A stretch of DNA of 64,000 bases from NCBI RefSeq assembly GCF_009914755.1, contig NC_060947.1. The stretch is one strand, 5' to 3'. The first letter of the stretch is position 1; the number at the start of each line of letters is the position of its first letter. The notes under the pieces were generated by a model, which was given only the letters and a program-made list of their open reading frames with translations, made no database searches and was not told the DNA's origin. The translations under genes were made by a program, and so were the position numbers. Source of the DNA: the human T2T-CHM13v2.0 reference genome, Homo sapiens. This document shows positions 1-15,478 of this stretch, piece by piece.

Positions 1-327
1 AAATGTTAAAGGCAGCCAGAGAGAAAAGCCAGGTCACCTATAAAGGGAAGCCCATCAGAATAACAGCAGACCTCTCAGCAGAAACCCTACAAGCCAGAAG
101 AGAGTGGGGGCCAATATTCAACATTCTTAAAGAATTTTCAATCCAGAATTTGATATCCAGCCAGACTAAGCTTCATAAGTGAAGGAGAAATAAAATACTT
201 TCCAGACAAGCAAATGCTAAGGGATTTCATCACCACCAGGCCTGCCTTGCAAGAGCTCCTGAAGGAAGCACTAAATACAGAAAGGAAAAACCAGTACCAG
301 CCACTGCAAAAACACACCAAAATATAA
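1..327 (+). pseudogene. L1 ORF1p C-terminal fragment, disrupted
   Basis: Reads MLKAAREKSQVTYKGKPIRITADLSAETLQARREWGPIFNILKE, then a frameshift (~5-bp loss near 131) and an in-frame TGA. Native stop TAA at 325-327. Confidence 0.9.
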
Positions 328-390
328 AGACCAATGATGTTGTGAAGAAACTGCATCAACTAGTGTGCAAAATAACCAGCTAGCATCATG

Positions 391-3300
391 ATGACAAGAA
401 CAAATTCATATATAACAATATTAACCTTAAATTTAAATGGACTAAATTCCCCAATTAAAAGACACAGACTGGCAAATAGGATAAAGAGTCAAGACCCATT
501 GGTGTGCTGTATTCAGGAGACCAATCTCACATGCAAAGACACATATAGGCTTAAAATAAAGGGATGGAGAAAAATTTACCCAGCAAATGGAAAGCAAAAA
601 AGAGCAGGGGTTGCAATCCTAGTCTCTAATAAAACAAATGTTAAACGAAAAAAAAAATCAAAAAGACAAAAAAGGGCATTATATAATCATAAAGGGATCA
701 ATTCAAGAAGAAGAGCTAACTATCCTAAATATATATGCACCCAATACAGGAGTACCCAGATTAATAAAACAAGTTTTTAGAGACCTACAAAGAGACTTAG
801 ACTCCTACACAATAACAGTGAAGGACTTTAACACTCCGTTGTCAATATTAGACATATCAACAAGACAGAAAATTAACAAGGATATTCAGGACTTGAACTT
901 AGCTGTGGATCAAGTGGACCTAATAGACATGTTCAGAATTCTTCACCCCAAATCAACAAAATATACATTCTTCTCAGTGCCACATGGCACTTATTGGAAA
1001 ACCAACCACGTAATTGGAAGTAAAACACTCCTCAGCAAGTGCAAAAGAACTGAAATCATAAGAAACAGTCTCTCAGACCACAGTGCAAACAAATTAGAAC
1101 TCAGGATCCAGAAACTCACTAATACAACACAACTCACTGGAAATTGAACAACCGGCTCCTGAATGACTCCTGGGTAAATAACAAAATTAAGGCAGAAATC
1201 AAGAAGTTCTTTGAAACCAATGAGAACAAAAAGACAATGTACCAGAATCTCTAGGACACAGCTAACGCAGTGTTAAGAGGGAAAGTTATAGCACTAAAGG
1301 CCCACATCAGAAAGCTAGAAAGATCTGAAGTCGACACCCTAACATCACAATTAAAAGAGCTAGAGAAGCAAGAGAAAACAGATCCAAAAGCTAGTAGAAG
1401 ACAAGAAATAACTAAGATCAGTGCAGAACTGAAGGAGACAGAGACACAAAAAACCCTTCAAAAAATCAATAAATCCAGGAGCTGTTTTTTTTTTTTTTCC
1501 GGAAAAAAAAAAATAGACCACTAGCTAGACTAATAAATAAGGAAAGAGAGAAGAGTCAGATAGACACAATAAAAAATGATAAAGGGGATTTCACCACTGC
1601 CCCCACAGAAATACAAACTACCATTAGAGAATACTAAAAACAACTCTACACAAATAAACTACAAAAGCTAGAATAAATGGATAAATTCCTGGATACACAT
1701 ACCCTCCCAAGACTAAACAAGGAAGAAGTTGAATCCCTGAATAGACCAATATCAAGTTCTGAAATTGAGGCAGTAATTAATAGCCTGTCAATCAAAAAAT
1801 TCCCAGGAGATGGATTCACGGCCAAGTTCTACCAGAGGTACAAAGAGGAGCTGGTACCATTCCTTCTGAAACTATTCCAAACCATTGAAAAGGAGAGACA
1901 CCTCCCTAACTCATTGTATGAGGCCAGCATCATCCTGATACCAAAACCAGACAGAGATACAACAAAAAAAGAAAACTTCAGGCCAATATCCCTGATGAAC
2001 ATTGATTTGAAAATCCTCAATAAAATACTGGCAAACTGAATCCAGCAGCACATCAAAAAGCTTATCCAACACTATCAAGTCAGCTTCATCCCTGGGTTGC
2101 AAGGCTGGTTCAACATATACAAATCAATCAATGTAATCCATCACATAAACAGAACTAATGACAAAAACCACATGATTATCTCAATAGATGCAGAAAAGGC
2201 CTTCAATAAAATTCAACATCCCTTCATGTTAAAAACTCTCAATAAACTGGGTATTGATGGAACATATCTCAAAATAATAAGAGCCATTCATGACAAACCC
2301 ATAGCCAATTTCATACTGAATGGGCAAAAGCTGGAGGCATTCCCTTTAAAAACTGGCACAAGACAAGGATGCCCTCTTGCACCAGTCCTATTCAACACAG
2401 TAATGGAAGTTCTGGCTAGGGCAATCAGGCAAGAGAAAGAAATGAAGGGTATTCAAATAGGAAGCGAGGAAGTCAAATTGTTTGCAAATGACATGATTCT
2501 ATATTTTAAAAACCCCATCATCTCAGCTTCAAAACTCCATAAGCTGATAAGCAACTTCAGCAAAGTCTCAAAATATAAAACCAATGTGCAAAAATCACAA
2601 GCATTCCTATACACCAACAATAGACAAGCAGAGAGCCAAATCATGAGTGAACTCCCATTCACAACTGCTACAAAGAAAATATAATACCTAGGAATACAGC
2701 TAACAAGGGACATGAAGGATCTCTTCATGGAGAACTACAAACTACTGCTCAAGGAAATAAGAGAGGACACAAACAAATAGAAAAACATTCCATTCTCAGG
2801 GATAGGAAGAATCAATATCTTGAAAATGGCCATACTGCCCAAAGTAATTTTTAGATTCAGTGCTATTCCCATCAAACTACCATTGACATTCTTCACAGAA
2901 TTAGAAAAAAAAAAAAACAGGCCGGGCGCAGTGGCTCAAGCCTGTAATCACAGCACTTTGGGAGGCCGAGACGGGCGGATCATGAGGTCAGGAGATCGAG
3001 ACCATCCTGGCTAACACGATGAAACACTGTCTCTACTAAAAATACAAAAAATTAGCTGGGCGCGGTGGCGGGTGCCTGTAGTCCCAGCTACTCAGGAGGC
3101 TGAGGCAGGAGAATGGCATGAACCTGGGAGGTGGAGCTTGCAGGGAGCCGAGATCGCGCCACTGCACTCCAGGCTGGGCAACAGAGCAAGACTCCGTCTA
3201 AAAAAAAAAAAAAAAACATTTTAAATTACATGTGGAACCGAAAAAGAGGCCATATAGCCAAGACAATCCTAAGCAAAAAGAACAAAGCTGCAGGTATCAC

Positions 3301-4516
3301 ACTACCTAACTTCAAATTATACTACAAGGTTACAGTTACCAAAACAGCATGGTACTGGTACCCAAACAGACATATAGGCCAATGGAACAGAACAGATACC
3401 TCAGAAATAACACCACACATCTACAACCATCTGATCTTCTACAAACCTGACAAAAACAAGCAATTGGGAAAGGATTCCCCATTCAATAAATGGTGCTAGG
3501 AAAACTGGCTAGCCAAATGCAGAAAACTGAAACTGGACCCCTTCCTTACCCCTTATACAAAGATTAACTCGAGATGGATTTAAGAGTTAAATGTAAAACC
3601 CAAAACCATAAAAACCCTAGAAGAAAACGTAGGTAATACCAATCAGGACATGGGCATGGGCAAAGACTTCATGACAAAAACACCAAAAGCTAGTGCAACA
3701 AAAGCCAAAATTGACAAATGGATCTAATTAAACTAGAGAGCTTCTGCACAGCAAAAGAAACTATCATCAGAGTGAACAGGAAACCTACAGAATGGGAGAA
3801 AATTTTTGCAATCTACCTATCTGACAAAGGTCTAATATCCAGAATCTACAACAAATTTGTAAACAAATTTGCCAGAAGAAACAAACAACCCCATCAAAAA
3901 GTGGGCAAAGGATATGAGCAGACACTTCTCAAAAGAAGACATTTATGTTGCCAACAACAGACATATGAAAAAAAGCTCATCATCACTGGTCACTAGAGAA
4001 ATGCAAATTAAAACCACAACCAGATAACATCTCATGCCAGTCAGAATGGCAATTATTAAAAAGTCAAGAAACAACAGATGCTCGTGAGGCTGTGGAGAAA
4101 TAGGAATGCTTTTACACTGTTGATTGGAATGTAAATTAGTTTAACCACCGTGGAAGACAGCGTGGCGATTCCTCAGGGATCTAGAACCAGGAATATCATT
4201 TGACCCAGCAATCCAATTACTGGGTATATACCCAAAAGAATATAAATTATTCTACTACAAAGACACATGCACACGTATGTTTATTGCAGCACTATTTACA
4301 ATAGCAAAGACATGGAACCAACCCAAATGCCCACCTATGATAGACTGGAAAAAAATGTGGTACATATACACCATGGAATACTATGCAGCCAATAAAAAGA
4401 ATGAGATCATGTCCTTTGCAGGGACATGGATGAAACTGGAAGCCATCATCCTCAGCAAACTAACACAGGAACAGAAAACGAAACACCACATGTTCTCACT
4501 CATAAGTGGGAGTTGA
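391..4516 (+). pseudogene. L1 ORF2p (endonuclease / reverse transcriptase / Cys-rich domain), many frameshifts and stops, interrupted by an AluY
   Basis: ORF-track pieces: ITILTLNLNGLN...CCIQET (EN), [24 protein letters not shown] (FADD motif mutated), ending HMFSLISGS* at 4516. Confidence 0.93.
2920..3216 (+). mobile_element. AluY, full length, inserted in L1 ORF2
   Basis: GGCCGGGCGC start; AluY diagnostics 'gagatcgagaccatcctggctaacac' and 'gagaatggcatgaacc...ggagcttgcag'; A-tail; TSD A(n)CA on both sides; L1 resumes in register. Confidence 0.95.
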
Positions 4517-6569
4517 ACAATGACAACACATGGACACAGCTAGAGGAACAGCACACACCAGGGCCTGTCGTGGGGTGGGAGCCATGGGGAAGGAGAGCAT
4601 TAGGAGAAATACCTAATGCATGTGGGGCTTAAAACCTACATGACGGATTGATAGGTACAGCAAACCACCATGGCACATGTATACCTATGTAAAACACTTG
4701 CTCATTCTGCACATGTATCCTGGAATTTAAAGTAAAGTAAAATAAGAAAACTTAAAAAAAGAAACAAGAACAGATTCTTACCCACTTTCAAACACTAAAA
4801 TGAGACTACACGCTTAGAAGCGAATTGACTCCTTAGAACTTTAAAGTACTGAAGTAGACATTCAAGTTAAATATATTTAGCATCGTACTTTAGAATAAAA
4901 GCATTATATAATTGTAATAATTTAATCAAACCACCATACCCAGAGACAGTTCTATAGTTTCTAATAACTAAAGTGTTTCATTTAATATATACCTTAATAA
5001 TTTCTATATCCAGTTGGAAATGACTTAGATATTCATAGGATAGCATAATAATAATATTTGTAAAAAAAACTCACTCCAAATCAAATGCGCACTACATTTA
5101 ATGTGAATTAGCTTTTGTTATACTTAAAATCAATTTAAATGAAGGCTAATGGAAGGAAACATGAAAACGCTGATATAGCACAATACCAAGAATGTATGTA
5201 TATAATATTAAAACAATTCAAGGGTATTACTTGAGGTAATTCAGTATCTAGTCGGTTGAGTAACAGGGCATTCTAACTTTCTGTAAATATATACACAAGT
5301 ATACAAGGTTGTCAACTATCTGATTTACAAGTGAAAATAATCAACCAGATGTTTTTAAAGTGCCTAAAAGTTGGGCATTATGCTTAGGTAACAGCAGTGT
5401 TTCACTTTTCCTATGAATGGTTTTGCCATCAGAAAAACAGAGCTCCAAAATGTTCAATAGCTACAGTTCTATCTAGTGTTGGCTGAGGAAGAAGCTTTAT
5501 GAAGGTCCTTTGTGAAGTTACTTATTTTTTCTGCATTTCATTGTCCTCATCTCCAAAGCAGCTCATAACCCTGTTAGACATTTTATGAGGATAAACAGAG
5601 AAGACTATACTGATTGTCAAAAATCAGAATGTCTAGGCAAATTGGGATGGGCAATCATACATGAAGATTAACTACAAAACGATTGCTTTAAGTTAGGATT
5701 TTTGACATTTTATCTAAATTTTATTGCTGCAGAAATTTTGTTTCAAGATAGACTATGCATTTTAAAGTGAATCTGATAAATATCTTAGTATTTAATTTTA
5801 ATAGTAATCAGTACTGAATATTTTAATCTGCAATAACCTTAAAATGTATAATTTATATTATAGTAACCATGGAAGATCCTAATTATTCATTTCTGCCTTT
5901 TGTTAACATGAAGTGCTAATATTGGGTGCTGAATTAAATAGTAAAATGGTGTTTTCATACTCTTCTGCCAAAAAATTACCTATGTAATTTGTGTTTTCCT
6001 TCATTTAAGAAGACTGGATATGACTGGATATGACAAATGATAGTTCGCATTTGAGTAAAATGTGATAATCTCAGAAATCAGTTTAATATTTATTACAGGT
6101 TAATTAAATCAGGGGGTAAAGATTTCTGAGTCACTGTGTTATCCAACTTGAAAAGAGTCAATAAACTACAGTTAATTGGCAGGCAACAGCCTAACCAGAT
6201 TAAGTGTGTAAACTCTGGACTACTACAACATCTCAGCAAGCTTAATCCACAAGTGGATGATACAATAGAAAACATTTTTGTTAAATATCTCTTGGAATGA
6301 TGCTAAACCGTTATTTGGATAAAAATTAAACAAATACCTATAAGCAGAATTAACACATCTATCTAAGCTTCTTTTTTAGGGCTATAATTATCTGGATATT
6401 CATCTTCTCATAAAACCTTCCTCCTTTAAACCTAATAGTTCATATATCAATAGACTCCTGAGGCACAGAAATATGCAATAATGTAATTATAAAAACTAAT
6501 TCAATAAAACTAAAAACAAGCTAAGATTTACAATAAAGATTATAATCTAATCCTCAATAGTGTAACGAG

Positions 6570-6680
6570 GCATCTCTTCACTGTGAGTTTTAGCTTCCTC
6601 ATCTGCTAGATGGGAATAATATAATTATATCCCCATGTTGAATGGATATATGAAAACAAATGCAAGATATTATAATGTAA
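6570..6680 (+). mobile_element. MIR fragment
   Basis: MIR core-like 'tttagcttcctcatctgctagatgggaataat'. Boundaries approximate. Confidence 0.5.
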
Positions 6681-7579
6681 CAATTGTGGACAACAATAAA
6701 AAGCTTTTCAGATTTGTATGTAGCCTGTCATCTTTAAATGCAGTAGTCTTCTGCTTACGCAGAAAAAGTCCAAATGGCTGGTCAACTTAGAGGGGATAGG
6801 GAATTGGAAGTTAATAGATTCTTTAAAAGCTAACTATTTCTTTACTTTTAGGTAAACCAGTGGATTCCAAACTGAAATTTTTAATCACTAAAACAGAATA
6901 GAAAAACCAATATTTTAAATAAACATTAACATAATTATGTTATTATTATTTAACCTTTGTTACATAAAAAGTCACTCTTTGAGTAACACTGATTTAGAAA
7001 AAAAATATATTTAAGTAATTGAAAAATTAGTAGCTTGATTGAGTACTTGACTTCTCATTGATTTGTTTTGGTATCTCATAGACCACTGATTCTCAGTTGG
7101 GGGCCTTATTCTCAAGAGATGGATTTCAAAATCTTTAGAGTAGTGTTATATGAAGTGTAGCTTGAAAAAGCATGCTTACTATCATAATATAATTTTATAT
7201 TTGTAAAATGGAAAAGATATATTTTCATAAAGAAGCTACAGAAAATAACACTCTCAATGGAGTTCAGGGACATAAGCTTTTATGTATATCAAAAAGAGAT
7301 ATGTGTTTGAATATGATGACAAATAAGGTGGAAGGCTTGGTCCCAGCTCCCATAAGACTCTGGGGAAGGGATTCTGTTTATGCCTGCATCACTAATCTGT
7401 TAACAGGTCATGTAAATTGCCAGCATTAGCAACTGGCCCACAATAATGCTCTGAAGATTCACTACACACAGTAAAGTGGTTGGTGAGCAAAGCAATCACA
7501 ACTACTAAAATCAAGCAATGAAGAGCAGGCTGTCAGCAGATTGGGACATCCTTGGGTGTTTAGGCATGACAAATAACCT

Positions 7580-7697
7580 AGGGTTGCCAGATTTAGCAAA
7601 TAAGTCCCATTTGTGACCTATTTATACTAAAAAAAATTTAACTGTTTATCTAGGGTTGAAATGTAACTGGGCATCCTATATTTTATCTGGCAACTCT
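7580..7697. mobile_element. MER53 non-autonomous DNA transposon, internally deleted
   Basis: Terminal inverted repeats AGGGTTGCCAGAT / ATCTGGCAACTCT; interior 'tatactaaaaaa...tgtttatc...aactgggcatccta' matches MER53. Confidence 0.85.
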
Positions 7698-8119
7698 TGT
7701 GAAACCCCTCTCCCAGCGTATCAATAGGATGACACTTCTTGAAGGATCATGCAGTATGTCACAGAAGCAGATATATATACAAGAGTGAGTAACTCAACTT
7801 GATAATTTAGTAAGAAAATGTTCTTGCACCTATGTTTCCCACTACCTCTTTAATGAGAAAAGGTTATGTTGTACATTAGTATTGGTTGTCACTGCTGAGA
7901 TTCAACCTATGGTAGTGACAGCAAATAAGAACTGATCTGCTTTTGGAAGAATCGTTATTAACCTTAAAAGGATAATGTACATGCATTAGTTTAGTGCCTA
8001 TGCTTTCTGTGTTGTGAGAGTGAAACCTGATATTGGAACATAGCCTAAAAAAAATTCACCTACTCAACCCAAGTCATTGGAAATGAGGATTGAGGAAACA
8101 ACATAAATAAATTAGAAGA

Positions 8120-8405
8120 AACATAGTATTATAGAGGAAAGGGCATTGCGTAGAATGAGATTCAAGAGACCAGAATTCTCTTATTTCTCTTCTGCCATTA
8201 GTTCGTGCAACCACATAGAATTATTTAACTCCTTTGGGCCTCGGTTTCAAAAATAGTAAAATTAAAAAGTTATACTGGTTACTTACTCATCATTTGTTTA
8301 CTAAGCATCTGTTATACACTAGACCTAGAGCTAAGGAGTAGAAATACTCCTCTCAAGGAGCTCATAGTCCACTGTCTTTTTAGTTTGAATGTTCTAAAAT
8401 TTGTG
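8120..8405 (+). mobile_element. MIR (MIRc/MIR3-like) interrupted by a minus-strand L2 3' fragment (~8280-8371)
   Basis: MIR core 'ttatttaactcctttgggcctcggtttc...gtaaaat'; L2 minus 'catttgtttactaagcatctgtta...ctctcaaggagctcatagtc'. Confidence 0.55.
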
Positions 8406-8513
8406 TTTTTCTGCATTTGAGCTTTACAAATAGCTCCTCCAAAAATTTTTTTTTATCTACCTTGTGATGTATATAAAAATCTCTTGAAAATTCCATTTGT
8501 TGCTAGTGCCTAA

Positions 8514-10422
<1,909 letters not shown>

Positions 10423-11999
10423 AAAGCAAGGATCAAATTCAGTATTAGTTAACTTTAAAATAGTCAAGAGAAAACTCAAAGTTTTGCTTTAAACCATAAG
10501 AACTCAGATAATTTAAAGTTAATGATATCTGTTTTCTATGCTTAACTTAAAACCAGAATGATTCAAGGCAGTGAATTGTGCTGAAGATATTCAGATTATG
10601 ACCAGTGCTAGGACAATGAATTTGATCATTCCAACATATGTTTGATGATCCAACAAATAGGTTCATGGAGCTCAGATGTTAAACTTTACCATAATGATTT
10701 GGCTTGAGAGCATTTGTTTAGTTTTTGGTTACATTGCCACACTGAGACCAAGAGCCATCAACTCCATTTTTATGTTTTTTATACTATGTTGAATTAAAAA
10801 ATTTATGACATTAAAATGTTTATTTTGGAAGCATTTTTGAGGTCCTACTTGGAGAGGAAATCTCTAAAACTCACTATATTAGTTATGCAAACTTCCCCAA
10901 AATATTTGTAGAATTTGAGTAACTTAAAAATTAATTAAAAGCTAAAAATTAATTAAAAGCAAGCATAATATTTTTAAATTTCCTAACTCCTTCCTCAAAG
11001 TTAATATTAAGTCATCTAAAATTAAATTATGGACCTTAGAGATTATGAAACTGCAGTCTTTGAAGTTTGTACCTTATTTTTCATCTAGGGGTACCGTAAG
11101 TGTAATCTTAAAGTATAGATAACTTTTCAAATATTGCTTTATAAAGAATTACTTGAGTTATAGGTCACATGTAAGGAAGTTTAAAGGCCTTATTGACAAG
11201 CATATCCCTACAGACTAATATGAGCGGACAGATCTTAGCTTATCAGTTCAGGTTGGATGAAAACATATAATTAACAGATTGAACAAGTAATATAGATGTT
11301 TCTCATCAATCTTTGACAAATGAAAGGTAAGCAGAGCTGTGTGCTTCTCATAAATTGCTGAGTTTGTTATGCTGAGGTTTGTGTTATACTGAAAATGTTT
11401 TACATCTGTGAATGGAAAATGAAAATCCTGTCAACCTTAGCCAAATGTGTTTTGCACATAAGATGATCTGCACTACTTTACTATGGACATAAAGTCAATG
11501 AATATCCCACAAGTCCAGGCTAGCACAGGTGAGCATTTTAACATCAGTGCTGGAAAAGCTTATAACCAAAACAGAACAAAAAGCAAACCAAACAAACCCC
11601 CATCTAATTGCAATTTTACATTATGACTAATTTTCTTTTCAAAGGACAGCTCTTCTAAAAACAAGTCAGCAGCAATGTTATTTACAAATCTGAATTGCTT
11701 TAAAAAGAGGAAGCAAAAATTAAATATAAATTTAATTAAATATTTAAAATTTAATGTACAAAATTAAATATTTAAGCACCAAATATGAATATCATGTGTG
11801 AAACTATATGAAATCAATCACATCCTCTATTTTGATCATAACCCATCATGAAAGTTGAGACTAAAAATTCTATTCTGAATACTTTTCCTAAAGTAGCAGA
11901 TATTAAAGAGTCTTACTTTATTGTAGACACAAATATGTTGTCTGTTGTGGATATTAATTATTATTCAGAACCTTATCTTATAATTACAGTATGGTTTAA

Positions 12000-12215
12000 G
12001 ATAGAATAGTGTAATAAAATGAGCCATTTGGATATTTAGAAAAAAAGTCTGGCTTCAAGGCCCTATCTCTACAATTACTAAACTGTTCTCTGGGCGGCCT
12101 TGAGCAAATTACTCGATCTCCCTGAACCCCAAGTCTTCTTTTCTACAAAGTAGGGATATTAATATACCCACACTCCATGAGATTAAAATGGAATATGTGT
12201 GAAAATATCTCTTAA
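12000..12215 (+). mobile_element. MIR
   Basis: 'ccttgagcaaattactcgatctccctgaaccccaagtcttcttttctacaaagtaggg' MIR core. Confidence 0.65.
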
Positions 12216-12434
12216 CTTCAATGGATAATTATAATATTAATTACAATATAACAAAAATAATGATAGTAATAAGTCCATGGCATAATTGTCCCTCAAAGAT
12301 GTTTCTGAGTATTGGTCAGAAAATATAGGTTGAGTTTTGATGTTGAGCATAATGAAATAGTCTCTAGGATGGACTCTGCCTCCACGTTAGAGTTAATGTT
12401 ATGTATTTGAATGTGTCTTCTCTAAGATCTCCCC

Positions 12435-12766
12435 AACATTCATCTTTCTCATCATTCAGGTCTCAGCTCAAAAGCCACCTCCTCAGGAAGGCCTTCTCCA
12501 TCCACACTAGCAGGAGTAGTGCTCCTCATCTCAGTCTCCCTCTAATTACTCTGTTTATCACATAGAATTTTTTCCTACCTGAAATTATTTTTTAAATCAC
12601 AATTATCATCTATTTTTCTCCACAAGAATGTGAGCTCCAAGAAGACAGGGAACCTATTTTTCTTGTTAACTTGTTCACCTCTGTATTCCCAGTGGCTTCA
12701 AAAGTACTTGGCATGTATTCAATAGTAGGATTTTATAAATATTTACTAAATAAACAAGTGAATGGA
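12435..12766 (+). mobile_element. L2 (L2a-like) 3' end
   Basis: 'tcattcaggtctcagctcaaaagccacctcctcaggaaggccttc...aatgtgagctccaagaagacaggg...ataaatatttactaaataaa'. Confidence 0.8.
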
Positions 12767-13957
12767 TCCGCTAACTCCATGAACCTATATAATTATAGGA
12801 TACTTTTTAAAATCAAGAAACCAGGGTTCAGGCCTGATGTTAATGGGCTCAAACTTTCCCAAAGTTTTTTTCCTGGATGTTTTTTTTTTCTAAATGGAAG
12901 GCCCAGGTTTATTTTTATTATTATTATTATTTTTGCCTAGCCAAATGCTTCAAAATTCGAGTTAATTTTCCAGGTGAGTAATTAGGATAAAACTTAATTC
13001 TTCAGAGGAATTCTGAAGAATTGATTATTTCTCTAAAGGCCATTGGGCTGCATTTAAATCACCATTTCACTTTGGACTCTGAATGATCCAATTTACAAAT
13101 CCCAATGAATCAAATTAACTATATAACTGCCAAAATGTAATCCCATTCAGGCAGTGAAATATCTGGTTTTATTGTCTACATTAGTTAAATGAACTCCATT
13201 AATTAAACTTCACTTCCATTTGTGCTGTTTCAACACAGCCTATGTTGTAAGCTTTTAGCCCTAAAATGGATATAGTCTTAAAATTGTGTGATTTTACTTA
13301 CATTATTCAAAATTTGGTATTTCACTCGTTTCCCTCTTCTAACATTGATTTAACACTCTACATACACACTTACCCCATAGGTATATAAGCATCTCACTAA
13401 AGCTTTATAATTGTAAATAAATTGCCAACATTTTCTATATGACTAGTTGTTAATACTGGTTGATGCTATGAAAATTTTAAAGAAATTAGGTTTTTTTTGC
13501 CTTAAAAGAGAAACTGTTTTATGGTCTTGTCAAATTATGTGAACTTTTTGCGAGGCTGTCTATTAGAAATCCATCCCAGGGATTACACACATGAATTAAA
13601 GACAATTTTTTTTTTTTTTTTGCCTATGCTTCTTAACAGGTCATTGGTGCAATTCCTGTGTCATTTCTACCCTTTTTTCAGTAAAGATTTTACATTTTCA
13701 TTTCAATTTCCATTCTTTAAACATCTGGCTGCAGCTATACCTGCAGTTTTCTATGAATGTGGACAATTATGGTAGGAGTTACCATCCTATTCTTGCGCAT
13801 TAGCACCTGTTACCATTATAAGGCCCACAAGCAAATAGCTCAGAAATAATAGCAACATATTTAGAAATGAAATAGTTGTAACACTTTTGTACTTATATAG
13901 CACTGTTTTTCCCCTAGTAGGTTTCTTTATGAAAACCATGTCATGAATCTTTTAAGT

Positions 13958-14296
13958 CAGGATCTGGCAAACATTTTTTTTTTCTGTGAAGAGCCACAGA
14001 GTAAATGTTTTAGGCTTTCTGGTTCATATGGCCTCTGTTGTAACTATACAGCTCTGTCTTTGTGTTTCAAAAGCAGTGTGTAAATGAACGAATGAATGTG
14101 GTTGTGTTGCAATAAAGCTTTTTTATGGGCAGTAAAATTGGAATTTCACATAATTTTCACATATCACAAAATACTGTCCTTCTTTGATTTTTTGTTTTAA
14201 CAATTTAAAAAGGTAAAAACAATTGTTAGCTCACAAACCATACAGAAATAGGCAGCAGGCTGCATTTAGCTGAGGGATGCAGCTTACTGACCCCTG
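13958..14296 (+). mobile_element. MER58B hAT-Charlie DNA transposon
   Basis: Ends CAGGATCTGGCAAAC / GCTTACTGACCCCTG; ~340 bp; degenerate 8-bp TSD ttttaagt / ccctaagt. Confidence 0.85.
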
Positions 14297-15478
14297 CCCT
14301 AAGTTGTCCCATAATACTTTTAAGTGTCAGAAATTATTATCCCTTTTTCCCTCTGGTGATGACAAATATGGTACTAAAAAGTTGAAGAAGTTTTATCAAG
14401 TTTTAGAAGAATTTATGACAATCCATTCATTCAGCAAATATTTGTTGAGTACCTATTTGGCTAGAAATGAATGTTGCTAACTCCTTGTGTTCAATATCAA
14501 GCGTACCCCTGAATATTGAAACATTAATATGTGCCTCATTTATACTAGTCAAATAATAAGTTTATCCACAAGGAGAATGACATAGCTTTAGAGCTTAGTG
14601 ACTTTACACTCATTAGCTGAAAGATCCACATAGGTTTTTCAAGGAAACTAAAGTTTTAAGAGAAATATAACCTGAACTTTACAAATTTAAGTCCTGTATA
14701 TTTACCTCAGCTAGTGTCCCAACACAAATGGGGAAAAAGAAATAAGCAGAAGTGTGAAGAAGCAGAAAATATAAGCACCAGGGTTCGATAAAATTTGTTT
14801 GAAAACAATATAAAAACTTTCAGGCCAAAATATATGGAATATATGATCTAGCTTAAGGTTAACTCCTCAGAGGTTCAGATGGCATTATCATGTGGGGGCT
14901 AAGTAGCAAAATCATTACTGTAAGTAGAGTTTGATCCTTGGTTTTAGAAACTTTAATAGTCTGGTGTTCTAAAAGCTCCAGCCTCAAATATGATATATAA
15001 TGAACTACTTTAAGAGCATTCTTATGACTACAAGATTTCTTTGAAAAATTTGTGTTTAGCAGCCCAAGCAAGCATCATCGAGCCTAATTAATTTAGAACA
15101 AGGCAGTTCTTACTAAAAAAGACAATATTTCCCCCTGAGGTATGAGCTGTTGCACAATTGATTTTATATTTGATAAACTTAGGGCTACATTAGTTGTGTA
15201 TATATTTTCTGTGCACCCCCTCAAAATACAACTTTAGTTCATAACCCTTTTTCATTTCTCTTTTCTTATGTTCAGTAATCATCTGTTTAAATATAAATTT
15301 ATTACAAATCACATATTCTGCATAATGGGTTACGGAAGTACAGGATTAAAGAAACAAGGTGATCCACTAAGCTTTGGCCACATCAGTTCTGAAAACCACA
15401 AGTATAAGGCTGTGGAGTACACCATTTGGCTAAGTTTTCAGCATAGACCCCTGCTGACTTCAAATTTAGATGACAAGC

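Larger units (their letters stand above)
1..4760 (+). mobile_element. LINE-1, L1PA8-like; 5' end lies outside the window; ORF1 3' end, ORF2, 3'UTR and A-rich tail
   Basis: Continuous L1 homology. The 3'UTR 'acctaatgcatgtggggcttaaaacctacatgacgg...' is of the L1PA8 type. A-rich tail at ~4732-4760. Confidence 0.95.

Noticed and set aside
388-4632. Series of 60-195 aa ORFs as host genes
   Set aside because: All are frameshifted L1 ORF2 pieces, antisense L1 ORFs or Alu read-through.
6012-6034. GACTGGATAT tandem duplication (similar ones at 10925-10960, ~41133-41175, ~51529-51553)
   Set aside because: Ordinary slippage duplications; two copies only, no spacer structure, not CRISPR-like.
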